In this document: positions 53,058-64,000 of the stretch, one piece after another
How the letters are laid out: each line of letters begins with the position of its first letter
How positions within the stretch are numbered: position 1 is the stretch's first letter
Source: Octopus vulgaris
Taxonomy: Eukaryota
Assembly: GCA_951406725.2 (NCBI GenBank)
Contig: OX597833.1
Location: forward strand, 43,772,001 to 43,836,000
Length of the DNA: 64,000 nt
Direction: 5' to 3'
Notes under the pieces: model-generated
Told to the model about the DNA's origin: nothing
Database searches by the model: none
The model's input: only the letters and a program-made list of their open reading frames with translations
Position numbers and translations under genes: made by a program

Positions 53058-53324
53058 GTCTGTCTATCTACATATACGTACATACATGGGTTATAGTAGA
53101 AGACATTTGTCCAAGGTGGCATGCAGTGGGACTGAACCCGGAACCATGTTGTTTGGGAAGCAACTTCTTACCACACAGCCACGCATGTAGACCGGCTGCC
53201 GAAACCCGGGATTGCTCTACGGAACTTTAGAACTTCAGTCTAATTCCCTTCCAACCGAGCTATTTCAGCTGGTACATACATACATACATACATACATACA
53301 TACATACATACATACATACATACA

Positions 53325-53357
<33 letters not shown>

Positions 53358-53437
53358 GCATAGAAGCTGCCCCAAAATGTCATCAGAGTACTACCTCCCT
53401 ATGCTACATGACGTTGTTGCAAAACAATATACAATAC

Positions 53438-53635
53438 AGCACAGAATTTTGTCAGTGAACAGGTCACGGTCTCAAAGTGACGAAAATATTTTGGCAAATC
53501 AAATTTAAAGGTTGAAGTGAATCTAACGGTTTTTGTGTTTCTTAAATGGATTGTAAACATCTTCCACGCTGCAATTGTTTTCGTTCCAGTACACGATCTC
53601 AGATGAGGTCACTTGCTATGCAAATACATCTCCGT
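53438..53635 (+). mobile_element. ~198-bp retroposed element with G3-C8 hammerhead-like motif (53448-53498)
   Basis: 12-bp TSD aatatacaatac (53426-53437, 53636-53647); homologous to 51259-51460. Confidence 0.85.
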
Positions 53636-54037
53636 AATATACAATACCATTCGGAAAAAAGACTGTCCTGGAATAAACATAGAGAACTCCCCTGTTATTG
53701 AATACATACGCAAATACCAACACAAGGAATACTGGTGGAATATTCCCATCAAAACAGGCCGCATATTATTGTTTGGGACAGACAAGAAAAAGTATGTACT
53801 GTCTTAGAAGTCAGCTGTCCTGTTGATGTGAATACCTCTTTGAAAATCAAATAGAAAGAAAATAACTAGTGACAACTGTTTCAAAACCTCCGGCTTCTAT
53901 ATCCAGATTACAAATTGACATCTATACCAATAATAATTGGAGAACTCGGTTTTCTAAGTAAATGCCTAACTCTCAGACCAATAAGCTTGGATTTTCAGAA
54001 AAAGAAATCAACCGATTCGCACATTGCAAATATAATC

Positions 54038-54502
54038 TTATTTCTTTATTGCCCACAAGGGGTTAAACACGGAGGGGACAAACAAGGACAGACAAAGGGA
54101 TGAAGACGATTACATCGACCCCAGTGCGTAACTGACACTTATTTAATCGAGCCCGAAAGGATGAAGGGCAAATCGACCTCGGCGGAATTTGAACTCAGAA
54201 CGTAACGGCAGATGAAATATCGCTAAGCATTTCGCCCGATGTGCTAACATTTCTGTGGAGGCGCAATGGCCCAGTGGTTAGGGCAACGGACTCGCAGTGT
54301 GTGTTTATTGAGTGAAAACACCCAAAAGCTCCACGAGGCTCCGGCACTCATTCACTCTTCCTGTTTCTTGAGTAACGCTGCGATGGACTTGCGTCCCGTC
54401 CAGCTGTGGGGAACACATAAGCCACAGAAACCGGGAAACTGGGTTCATGAGCCTGGCTAGGCTTGAAAAGGGTGAGAGAGCTAACATTTCTGCCAGTTCA
54501 TC
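54038..54502 (-). mobile_element. SINE family 2 containing a nested family-3 SINE (54256-54479, + strand)
   Basis: Nested copy has 13-bp TSD gctaacatttctg (54243-54255, 54480-54492). Confidence 0.85.
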
Positions 54503-54689
54503 CAATCTACAAGTGGGACATTAACCTATGCAAGACTTTTCTCAGATTTAAAATGTGTCATTGTTTCCGTTAGATGGAACTGTGTATCTTTGTTGGAAAC
54601 CAGTTCCTTCCTCAGAGGAAGAATTTAAATGATTAAATACAGAAGACACTTGTACACACACATGTATTTACATCATGTTAAGGTATATA

Positions 54690-55014
54690 GGAGCACTCCG
54701 TCGATTACGACGACGAGGGTCCCAGCTGATACGATCAACGGAACAGCTTGCTCGTGGAATTAACGTGCAAGTGACTGAGCAATCCACAGACACGAGTACC
54801 CTTAACGTAGTTCTTAGGGAGATTCAACGTGACACAGAGTGTGACAAGGCCGGCCCTTTGAAATACAGGTACTACTCATTTTTGCCAGCTGAGTGGACTG
54901 GAGCAACGTGAAATAAAGTATCTTGCTCAAGGACACAACGCATCGCCGGGAATCGAACTCACGACCTTACAATCGTCAGTCGAATGCCCTAACCACTGAG
55001 CCACGCGCCTTCAC
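54690..55014 (-). mobile_element. tRNA-derived SINE, family 4
   Basis: Head gaaggcgcgtggctcagtggttagg, B-box gagttcgattcc, body ccttgagcaagatacttt shared in part with 17140-17380. Confidence 0.8.
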
Positions 55015-55355
55015 ACATCATGTTAAACCGTTAACCACTATACATTTCTTTCTCTTTCCGTTTTCCCGTTCTCTCACCATTTTTTACTTCTCAACCCTTT
55101 CTGTGGAAGAGCATATGTCAAGAAGACATTTCCATTCTTCCCGAGCGTCAAATCAATACACCTGCTTGTTGTTTATACACCTGTATTCATCTTTGGTTTT
55201 CAGTAAATTTGAATTACGCGTGTGCATGCGTGTGTATGTGCGTGCGTGTGTGTGTATGTGTGTACATATATGTATGTTTACGTGTGTGTGTGAAGCACGA
55301 ACTCTTGCTTCTTGAGTCACCGAGTCACTTGTGTACTTTCTTTGTTAATATGTAA

Positions 55356-55714
55356 GTATGTATGCGAGTGTATGTATGTATGTATGTATGTATGTACGTA
55401 TGTACGTATGTATGTATGTATGCGAGTGTATGTATGTATGTATGTATGTATGTATGTACGTACGTATGTATGTATGTATGTATGTGAGTGTATGTATGTA
55501 TGTATGTATGTATGTACGTACGTACGTACGTACGTATGTATGTATGTATGTATGTATGTATGTACGTACGTACGTATGTATGTATGTATGTATGTACGTA
55601 TGTATGTATGTACGTACGTACGTATGTATGTATGTATGTATGTATGTATGTATGTATGTATGTATGTGAGTGTATGTATGTATGTATGTATGTATGTATG
55701 TATGTATGTATGTA
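55356..55714. repeat. (TATG/TACG)n microsatellite
   Basis: Direct inspection. Confidence 0.95.
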
Positions 55715-56115
55715 TGCATGCACGTACTCGTTCACACGCACACACATACGCTTCAGATAAGAGACAGAAAAGGGGCGCTCTAGAGATACGCTTAGTCGTA
55801 TCCACTCAAGTGACATCAAAAGCTAATCCAGAACTTATCAACTAATGATAAGCCTCTTAAACATGTTGCATCATGCTGATGTAAGGACTTTTTGGTGTTG
55901 TGCAAGAGTTAGATGTTGAGGTAGATGATGAAAAAAAAGGTAAAGATATTTCATTGTTGCCAAATTTGCGTGACTAAGTTTGGTCCGGAAATATCTTATG
56001 CCTTGAGAAGTGTGACGGTTTATGGGAAGTTAAACTGACCGAAATAGATATTTGGTGTATGTGTGTGTGTGTGTGTGTGTGTGCGTGCGTGTGTTATTTT
56101 TGATTTCAAGTGTAT

Positions 56116-56332
56116 TACTCTTTTACTCTTTTACTTGTTTCAGTCGTTTGACTGCGGCCATGCTGGAGCACCGCCTTTAGTCGAGCAAATCGACCCCGGG
56201 ACTTATTCTTTGTGAGCCCAGTACTTATTCTATCGGTCTCTTTTGCCGAACCGCTAAGTGACGGGGACGTAAACACACCAGCATCGGTTGTCATGCAATG
56301 TTAGAGGGACAAACACAGACACACAAACATAT

Positions 56333-56363
<31 letters not shown>

Positions 56364-56534
56364 CATATATACGACAGGCTTCTTTCAGTTTCCGTCTCCC
56401 AAATCCACTCACAAGGCATTGGTCGGCCCGGGGCTATAGCAGAAGACACTTGCCCAAGATGCCACGCAGTGGGACTGAACCCAGAACCATGTGGTTGGTT
56501 AGCAAGCTACTTACCACACAGCCACTCCTGCGCC
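56116..56534 (-). mobile_element. SINE family 1, full length
   Basis: Homology to family 1. Confidence 0.9.
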
Positions 56535-57237
56535 TATTGTTTGTATTAAGGAGTTCTTGTTTGTTCATATTCATTTTTTTGCTCGGGCTGTTCCTTTATG
56601 TGTGTTGCATATTGTGTAGGGTATTCATTTTTTTCAGTACTGATGTATATCAAATAGATTTTATTAAATATTCTTTATGTTCAGGTTATGTTACTTCTAT
56701 TATTTATGTTAAGCTTGAATGCTGCTGGGGCCTTGGCTATCTGGAATCATTGATAAATTTTAAAGGTCAATCGCTGTTTGTTTAAACATCTCAGGGCTTG
56801 TTCGTGTCTTGTATTAATTTAGTACAGAGGCTATTCTCGAAATCAAAAATAACACACACAGCTATTTAGAAGAACAAGGGACCTTACAAAGCCAACAATC
56901 TAGACCTTAACCTATTTTAAGACTATGTCCTAATGTTTCATTGCTTGGCATCTTGAGCAAAGTATTTTCTATAATACCTTCTTGTAATACTGGCTTTCGG
57001 CATGGGCACACAGAGCAGTTCTCCAAATGCTGCAGAAGTCTAGAGGCCCAATTTTGATCTATGCATGATGTGACTCACAATCAATAAATAAAGTCCAGTG
57101 CACTGATTTGCCCCTGAATGGGAGTGGAGGCATATAGTGCTGTTAAGATGCTTAAGTTTACAAGTGAAATTTTATAAACGGAAGCTGTGCAAAATCATGT
57201 CGATTGTGCGCGTGTGTGTGTGTGCACGTGCACACAT

Positions 57238-57535
57238 GTTAGTTAGTTATTTAGTTAGTTAATTTTTGGGCTCAAAAAGCAAAAAGCAAGGCCATGTAGG
57301 GGGACACGGAGTTATGTACAGGGTGGTGTTCATGTAAAGAGTTCAGGCCACTTGTGGTCAAGGGAGACTTTGAACCGAGCGGTCGCCGGCATCTTCACTA
57401 TCTCGTCCGGCAGCTTATTCCACGGATCCACAACCCGGACGGAGAAAGCCCCTCTCCTTCGATTGAGATGAAATCGTCGCAGATAGAGCTTTTCGGAGTG
57501 ACCCCGCAGCCGACGGAGGCTTCAACCTTTCTGAA
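57238..57535 (-). mobile_element. CR1-type LINE 3' end with (TAAC)n tail
   Basis: RLRGHSEKL...RRGAFSVRVVDPWNKLPDEIV...FKVSLD. Confidence 0.8.
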
Positions 57536-58539
57536 CACGTGTATGTGTGTGAGTGAGTGCGTGTGCACATGTGTGTGTGTGTGTGCCGTTGAAGGATGTA
57601 AGTACTGAAGGAAACCCGATGTTCTTCAAACGAAATCAGTATAGAAAGAGACGCCTTTGCACTAACTTACAGACAATCACTCACGCCGTCAAGATATACG
57701 TGGCACACTTTGTCACAAGACTTTTTGTCGTAGCTTCTCACCAAACTTTACGACATTTAATGCAACCTCAAAACAGATTTTCGTTAGATATTCTAGTAAA
57801 TAAAGGCGGCAAGCTAGCAGAATCGTTAGCATGTCAGGGAAAATGCTTAGCGGTATTTCATCCATTTTTACGTTCTGAGTTCCAACTTATCCAGGGTTGA
57901 CTTTGTCTTTCTTCTATTTGGGATCGATAAGGTAAGTACTAGTTGAACACTGGGATCAATGTAATCGATTTAACCCCTTCCAGAAATTGTTGATCTTGTG
58001 CCAAAGTCTGAAACCAATTGTATATTTTTTTTGTAAAACAAGAAAATGCAATGAACATGCAGAATCGTTAGTACTCTGGACAAAAATGCTTAGCATCATT
58101 TCTACCAGTTCATATTTAATCTTTCATTCTTTCGAAATTGATATAACAAACACCTTTGGAGCACTAGGATTGAATTCACTTTGCTCACAATTTCAGACCT
58201 TGTCCCTATAGTAGAAAGAATTTGTAAAACGAAAAGAAAAGAAAAAAAAAACTTTCTTCGGTTGATCAATTTTCAATTTCACTTTCGTCAGTGGAAATTC
58301 AACATGACGAGTATTTGTTACATTGCTGACTGTCTTGTTGCTAATGTATGAAAAGTCATTAAAGCTAGTTGAAGTTTATCTCTTCTACTTACACAATCTC
58401 TTAGTGATAGGCAAATATAATTGATAACGAGAAGATACGAGAGAACCATAAAGTGAACTAACATCACATAGGCAAATATTTAAACAAAAAAAAAACGTGC
58501 TCCCTTAGCCTGATCGCTCAACACATTACAAAATCAACT

Positions 58540-59510
58540 TTTTTCACTGCTTTCAACCATGGTTTCGGTTTTGTCTTTCACTCCCTTCTTTCTATACATT
58601 AATAACCTATTTGCAACCAAGCCCAACGCCACCCACTTTTATGCAGATGATATGACAACCATTCATTCACTCCAACTTCCTCAAAACACGTATCATCCAC
58701 ATATAGCCTATACACCACACACCAGATCTGTGTTGATTCCGTAAACGGTGACCAGAAGTGCATTCAACAGTGGGGCCATACCAATCTTGTGTCTAAGTGT
58801 AAGAGCTCAAACACAGTTCTTGAAGAAAACACCTTAACCCTTAAACATTAGCGGCAGTGAACTAAATCCCTAAGGGTCTTCCTTAAAGCTATGCCCCATT
58901 GTCATCGAGGATCTCTCCTGGTGGAAGCACATTCATGAAACTGCTAGAACCGCAACCACAAAACTGTCCTGAGCTAGGAGATATTTCAGCCCTCAATTAT
59001 TACTGACACTCCACAAAGCTCAAGTTAGAATCAAAATGGAATACTGCGCCCACGTAAGGGACAGTGTTGCTGCTATGCTCACAGACATCTATACTGCATC
59101 CTGAGAAGAGTCACTCGATTGATTGGAATTAAATCACTAACAGATACACTCAAGCCTCTCGCCCACGGGTGTACTATCTCTCCTTCCTCTGTTTTTTTCT
59201 AATGCTTCTATAATAACTTCTGTGCCACGGAGCTAGCTTGCCTTGTATTTCCTCCACTCAAGCTCTCCAAACCCATTCACCTATGCAACTTTCGTCTCAT
59301 TTATTGTGTATAACTACAAGATCTCGTACTAAGCACTGTGCCCGTTCCTTTTCCCCTAGAACATTGGTCCTCTTGAATTGTCTTCCTTCTGATGTCTTTT
59401 TTAAAGGTGTTGATCTGCAACAATTTAAACAAAACATTGACAGCATCAATCCCATCAGTCTCGAAAGACATGCAAAGGTCACAGACAGAGGGCATTTTCC
59501 CAAATTCACT
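58540..59510 (+). mobile_element. Highly degenerate LINE RT 3' part (CR1/Jockey group)
   Basis: GSVLS..FFLYINNL..HFYADD, KAQVRIKMEYCAHV, LNCLPSDVF. Confidence 0.7.
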
Positions 59511-60164
59511 AAGTAAAAAAAAAAAAAAATAATAATTATGAAACTAGATTAGATTGATTGAAAAGAGTCATAACCACATATGTCATAAATAACAGTGACA
59601 AACGAAATACACATCGCGATCTGCCGTTGAAAGGGAAAAGATCTGGCTAGTATAGTCGAGCAAGCATTGAAGCGGAAACGGCAGTATCTAAAATGCAAGA
59701 AACGAGCACAGTAACATTTTTGGCCTGATTTGAAACATTGTTTTTCCATTATTGGAGCTATGTGATTTGATTGACGAACAGATATAATAATGGTTCCAAA
59801 TTTTGGCACAAGGCCAGCAGTGTTGGAGGAAGGGTAAATTGATTACATCGACCCCAGAGTTCAACTGGTACTCATTTTATCGATTCCAGGAAGTATAGAA
59901 TGCAAAGTTGACCTCGATGGAATTTCGATCAAGACAGACAAAATGACGCTAAGCAATTTTCCCGGCATGCTAACGATTCTATTGATCAACAATTATTATT
60001 ATTCTATGTTTGACTTTTGCTTTACATTTGCACAAGCTGACTCCAAGTCTCACCCAGAGACCTCAAGAGACAACAAGTTGGAAGTTCATGTTGGTGTTAT
60101 GCCTAGGGTGCCATATATTTGGTTTTGTACTTAGTGTTGTACTAGTGAATGCCTAAATTATTTT

Positions 60165-60187
60165 TATTATTAATATTATTATTGTTA

Positions 60188-60241
<54 letters not shown>
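60165..60241. repeat. (TTA)n microsatellite
   Basis: Direct inspection. Confidence 0.95.
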
Positions 60242-60247
<6 letters not shown>

Positions 60248-60614
60248 CTTGTTTTGATATTAAGAGAGAGAAAGATCGACTTTGTAAAAAAATTTGGACC
60301 TGGATTTGAGCTCCCCCTAAGCAAATTTCGTTCCTGCACTTATGCTCTAAATCGCACTCTACTACTTTAAAAAGGGCAGGACATAATCATTTAGGATTGC
60401 CTAGGGGACTAAATAACAGCAACAAAAAAAACAAAAAAAAACGCGAACCAATTAATGGGTTTGGAACAACAGCCAAATTTCTCCCAAACCATGCACAAAT
60501 GTCCTGGAAAAGGAAGGACACATAGAACCATATAGTCCTTATATATATTCCAGATAGAGAGATGGTTGCAGCTGGAGCACCCTAGGCCATAAATCTACTC
60601 GACCATGACTTGCC

Positions 60615-61262
60615 GGATCTTTTCCCTTTCAACGGCAGATCGCGGTGTATATTTCGTTTGTCATTGTTATTTATGTCATATTTCATCTTAGTTACGTTTG
60701 TATGAATAAACGAGTGTATCTTAATATAATACTTCATGGCATCACCATAATCGTTCGTGCATTTCTACTGCTTTTAGTTTTTTTCCCTGATTTTCAGCTA
60801 CTATTTTTTGGAAAGACTTTTTGCCCTCCACCCTCTAATTTCTTCATTTTTCACTTTTTCCGTAACTCTATCCCTAAAACCCTAACCGTAACCCTAAAAC
60901 CTTAACCCTAACTCTAAAACTCTAACCCTAACCCTAAAACCCTAAAACCCTAAAGCTAAAACCAGTACAAATGCACGAACGATGTCATAAATAACAGTGA
61001 CAAACGAAATATACACCGCCGGTAGTTTTTGTTGACAAACAACGGCAGTAATTTTATTCAGCTGAATACACGTCATTGATTGGTTGAAATTGTAGAAATA
61101 CGTCAACTTTAACACGAAATAACTTTGAAAATAGAAACTTTTCTCAACAACACTAAGAGTAAAATATGTTTTATATGATACATTCTACCAGTGTACGAAG
61201 TTTGAAAGTGTTTAGTTACAAAAAATTAATTTCTCGATCTGCCGTTGAAAGGGAAAAGATCC
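60615..61262. mobile_element. MITE family A variant (648 bp) with CCCTAA-like repeats; solo end at ~59580-59645
   Basis: 28-bp TIR ggatcttttccctttcaacggcagatcg; degenerate 8-bp TSD gacttgcc / gacaagcc. Confidence 0.85.
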
Positions 61263-61444
61263 GACAAGCCTATGACTACACGACAGCAAAACGACATGAG
61301 CCAAGCAGAAACCACTTCGTGGATATTCGATTTGTAAGAAATAACAGCTAAATCTCCTTCAAATCACACTTTACCGTCATAAAAAAGGGTCTTATTAGAT
61401 AATGAGCTTATTGGTGCTCTGTGACTAAGAGAAATATAGAATGA

Positions 61445-61884
61445 CTAGCAGCATAGTCTGGCGTTGCCCGGGTATGTAAGAGCCCCTAGTAGGCAACGAC
61501 TAATCCCAATCTAGTCCTTTCCCTCTAGGGAACGAAGGCACATGTGTAGGTTGCAATGTCTTCTCTTCACTCGAATACTTCTGTGTATACGATGTTCCTA
61601 GCTGTCCCTTTGGGCGATAAAAAGGTCGAGTTGTGTCCCCTAGACAGAAAATGTGTTGCATATAAAAAGCTTAGATTCTCGACCCCATGTCGAATTTATC
61701 GATATTTTTCACAACTGGGGGAACTTTTCAAAATTTTCACTGCGTTAGTTTTGAATTATGACATTGGGCTATGTGTGTGTCAAGTTTCATCAGAATCGGT
61801 TGAAAGCCGTGGTCAGGGTGAGGGTACAACCTGACAGACACACAGACACACAGACAGACAAACTGCCGTTTATATATAGAGAGA
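61445..61884 (-). mobile_element. Non-autonomous Helitron (family of 34616-34999)
   Basis: A|TC start, cccgggcaacgcc hairpin region, CTAG|T end. Confidence 0.85.
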
Positions 61885-62137
61885 TGATCTTTAATCAAAG
61901 AATTAACTGCCTTTAATTATAGGTTTTGCTGAACAAGACTGGCCTGGAAGTAAACGATAACACCAACATTGACGCTTCCTCTAATAACAGCAGCAACAGC
62001 AACAACATGGACAATGCCTTAGAGTCAAATGATTTAACTCTAGCAATTGTATGGAATGAACAGAAGAAATTCCTGCAGAAACAAAACTTCATTCTAATTT
62101 TACCCAATATAGTGACAAAAAAAAAATGTTCATTAAT

Positions 62138-62320
62138 AATACCACCACCGCCGCCGCCGCCGCCACCACCACCACCATCACAACCGCCGCCGCTGCCGCG
62201 ACCACCACAGCCAAAACCACCACCACCACCACAATCGCCGCCACTGCCACGACCACCACCGCGACCACCACCGCCGCCGCTGCCGCCGACGCCATCATCA
62301 ATCAAAACAACAACAATGGC
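62138..62320. repeat. (CCA/CCG)n low-complexity tract
   Basis: Direct inspection. Confidence 0.9.
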
Positions 62321-62518
62321 AACAATCTCTTCACATTCCTATCTCGTCAGAGCATCAAACGGAAGGGCTAAAGCTCTTCAGAGCCAAGAACCGAGCCTTG
62401 CACGCAGTCACTCAAATTGCAAGAAATGATAGCTCATTGCCTGAAAAAATAAAATAACACATTAGGTAAATAAAATCCCACATATAATACACCTAAAGTC
62501 GGATGCTGAATCTTTATT

Positions 62519-62936
62519 GGATCTTTTCGGTTTGAACGGCAGTATTTTAAAATAATTTCCACGTAACTAAACACTTTTAAACTTCGTATACTGGTAGAAT
62601 GTGTTTACAAAACATCTTTTTCTGTTGGCTTTATTGAGAAAATTCTATAGTTTGTGAGATATTTGTTGTTTTTTTTCTTCAATTTCTGCAATTTCAACCA
62701 ATCAGTGACGTCTATTGGGGTGAAAACATTCTGTGCCGTATGAATCTGTCCCTCGTTTAAGAAACCGATTGGGTTTATTTACATTTCTGAAGAAAAAAAG
62801 ATACCCTTCCCTCCAACCCTAACCCTAACCCTAAAACAGATTGAAATGCAATAGATCGACACTAGGGTCATAATTATGGGTGAGAATTTCATATGACACC
62901 GCTAGAAAAAAACTGCCGTTCAAACCGAAAAGATCC
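62519..62936. mobile_element. MITE family A, complete (418 bp)
   Basis: TIR ggatcttttcggtttgaacggcag; perfect 8-bp TSD tctttatt (62511-62518, 62937-62944). Confidence 0.92.
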
Positions 62937-63133
62937 TCTTTATTTACTGTTATATAGAAAGTGCCTCTCTCTTCATCAGTTATCCTACTCTTTGATCTAG
63001 CATTCCAGTGATCGGTTATGAGTTCTTATTCTGTCCACAAAATTATTTTATAAACAAAAATACTTGAAAATATTCGTGTCTGTATGCATACATACATACG
63101 TACATGCCTACATATATTAAGATCACATACATT

Positions 63134-63549
63134 AAGGCGGCGTGCTGGCAGAAACGTTAGCACGCCGGGCGAAATGCTTAGCGTTATTTCGTCTGTTGTT
63201 ACGTTCTGAGTTCGAATTCCGCCGAGGTCGACTTTGCCTTTCATCCTTTCGGGGTCGATAAATTAAGTACCAGTTACGCACTGGGGTCGATGTAATCGAC
63301 TTAATACCTATGTCTGTCCTTGTTTGTCCCCTCTGTGTTTAGCCCCTTGTGGGTAATAAAGAAATAGGTATTTCGTCTGTCGTTACGTTCTGAGTTCGAA
63401 TTCCGCCGAGGTCGACTTTGCCTTTCATCCTTTCGGGGTCAATAAATAAAGTACCAGTTTCGCACTGGGGTCGATATAATCGACTTAATCCGTTTGTCTG
63501 TCCTTGTTTGTCCTCTCTATGTTTAGCCCCTTGTGGGTAGTAAAGAAAT
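63134..63549 (+). mobile_element. SINE family 2, head plus two bodies
   Basis: Junction aaagaaataggtatttcg; TSD acatacatt. Confidence 0.9.
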
Positions 63550-64000
63550 ATATATACATACATTCACGCGCGCACGTATATGATAGTGGGTTCGATACTC
63601 AGACCGAGCGGCGCGTTGCGTTTTTGAGCAAAATACTTCATTTCACGTTGGTCCATTGGGGAATGTTGGCCTGCTCACCTAGCCAGTGGAGTGGCATCAT
63701 TCAAAGGCTAAAATGATGCAAAAGAGGATTGTGACCAGCGATGTGTAACAACACCTGATAATCTGGTCGGCCACATGATCACGTGACACACACACATCCT
63801 ACTCTTCTATGGGTACAAGGCCTGAAATTTGGGAACAGGGGTTAGTTGATTATATCATTACAATGCTCAACTGGATAATCTTCATTGCAAGGACTCTTAT
63901 ATAGCAGAACAAGTTGATGTCAGTCCCACTCTAGCAACATGCCAAAAACCAACATAGAGGCACACTGGGTCAACTTGACATCCGCATTTTATCCAAGCAC

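Larger units (their letters stand above)
53360..54560 (+). mobile_element. 3' relic of a restriction-like-endonuclease LINE (R4/Dong-like), split by nested insertions
   Basis: [20 protein letters not shown] (zinc knuckle end), IIVWDRQEKVCTVLEVSCP, IPIIIGELG, CKTFLRFKM. Confidence 0.75.

Noticed and set aside
61926-62429. 167-aa proline-rich ORF resembling a formin/extensin segment
   Set aside because: Degenerate (CCA/CCG)n tract open in several frames on both strands; no flanking domain or splice support

Overview
AT-rich, repeat-saturated eukaryotic (metazoan) genomic DNA. I could not support any host protein-coding gene. The SINE families, (AT)n/(TATG)n microsatellite load and retroelement types point to a cephalopod, probably an Octopus species; this is inference from recognised repeat sequences, not a search. 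Contents: about 30 tRNA-derived SINE copies of at least four families, two long RTE LINE copies (one 5'-inverted), BovB-like, CR1/L2-like and R4-like LINE remnants, Penelope-like (RT + GIY-YIG) remnants, a Gypsy pol relic, a solo LTR, hAT, pogo and mariner relics, several GG-terminated MITEs with 8-bp TSDs, three non-autonomous Helitrons and a Helitron PIF1 helicase relic. Most long six-frame ORFs are microsatellite or transposon artefacts. Most interesting signals: (1) short retroposed elements carrying minimal hammerhead-ribozyme folds, one family with a swapped G3-C8 core pair and a covarying helix II, in one case as a 110-bp head-to-head palindrome; (2) a SINE that builds head-less ~183-bp tandem arrays at a fixed self-complementary junction and lands in older copies of itself; (3) a twin-priming-type 5' inversion in an RTE LINE whose ORF also carries a PHD-type finger after the RT core. 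Coordinates were read by eye; ends of degenerate elements are approximate.
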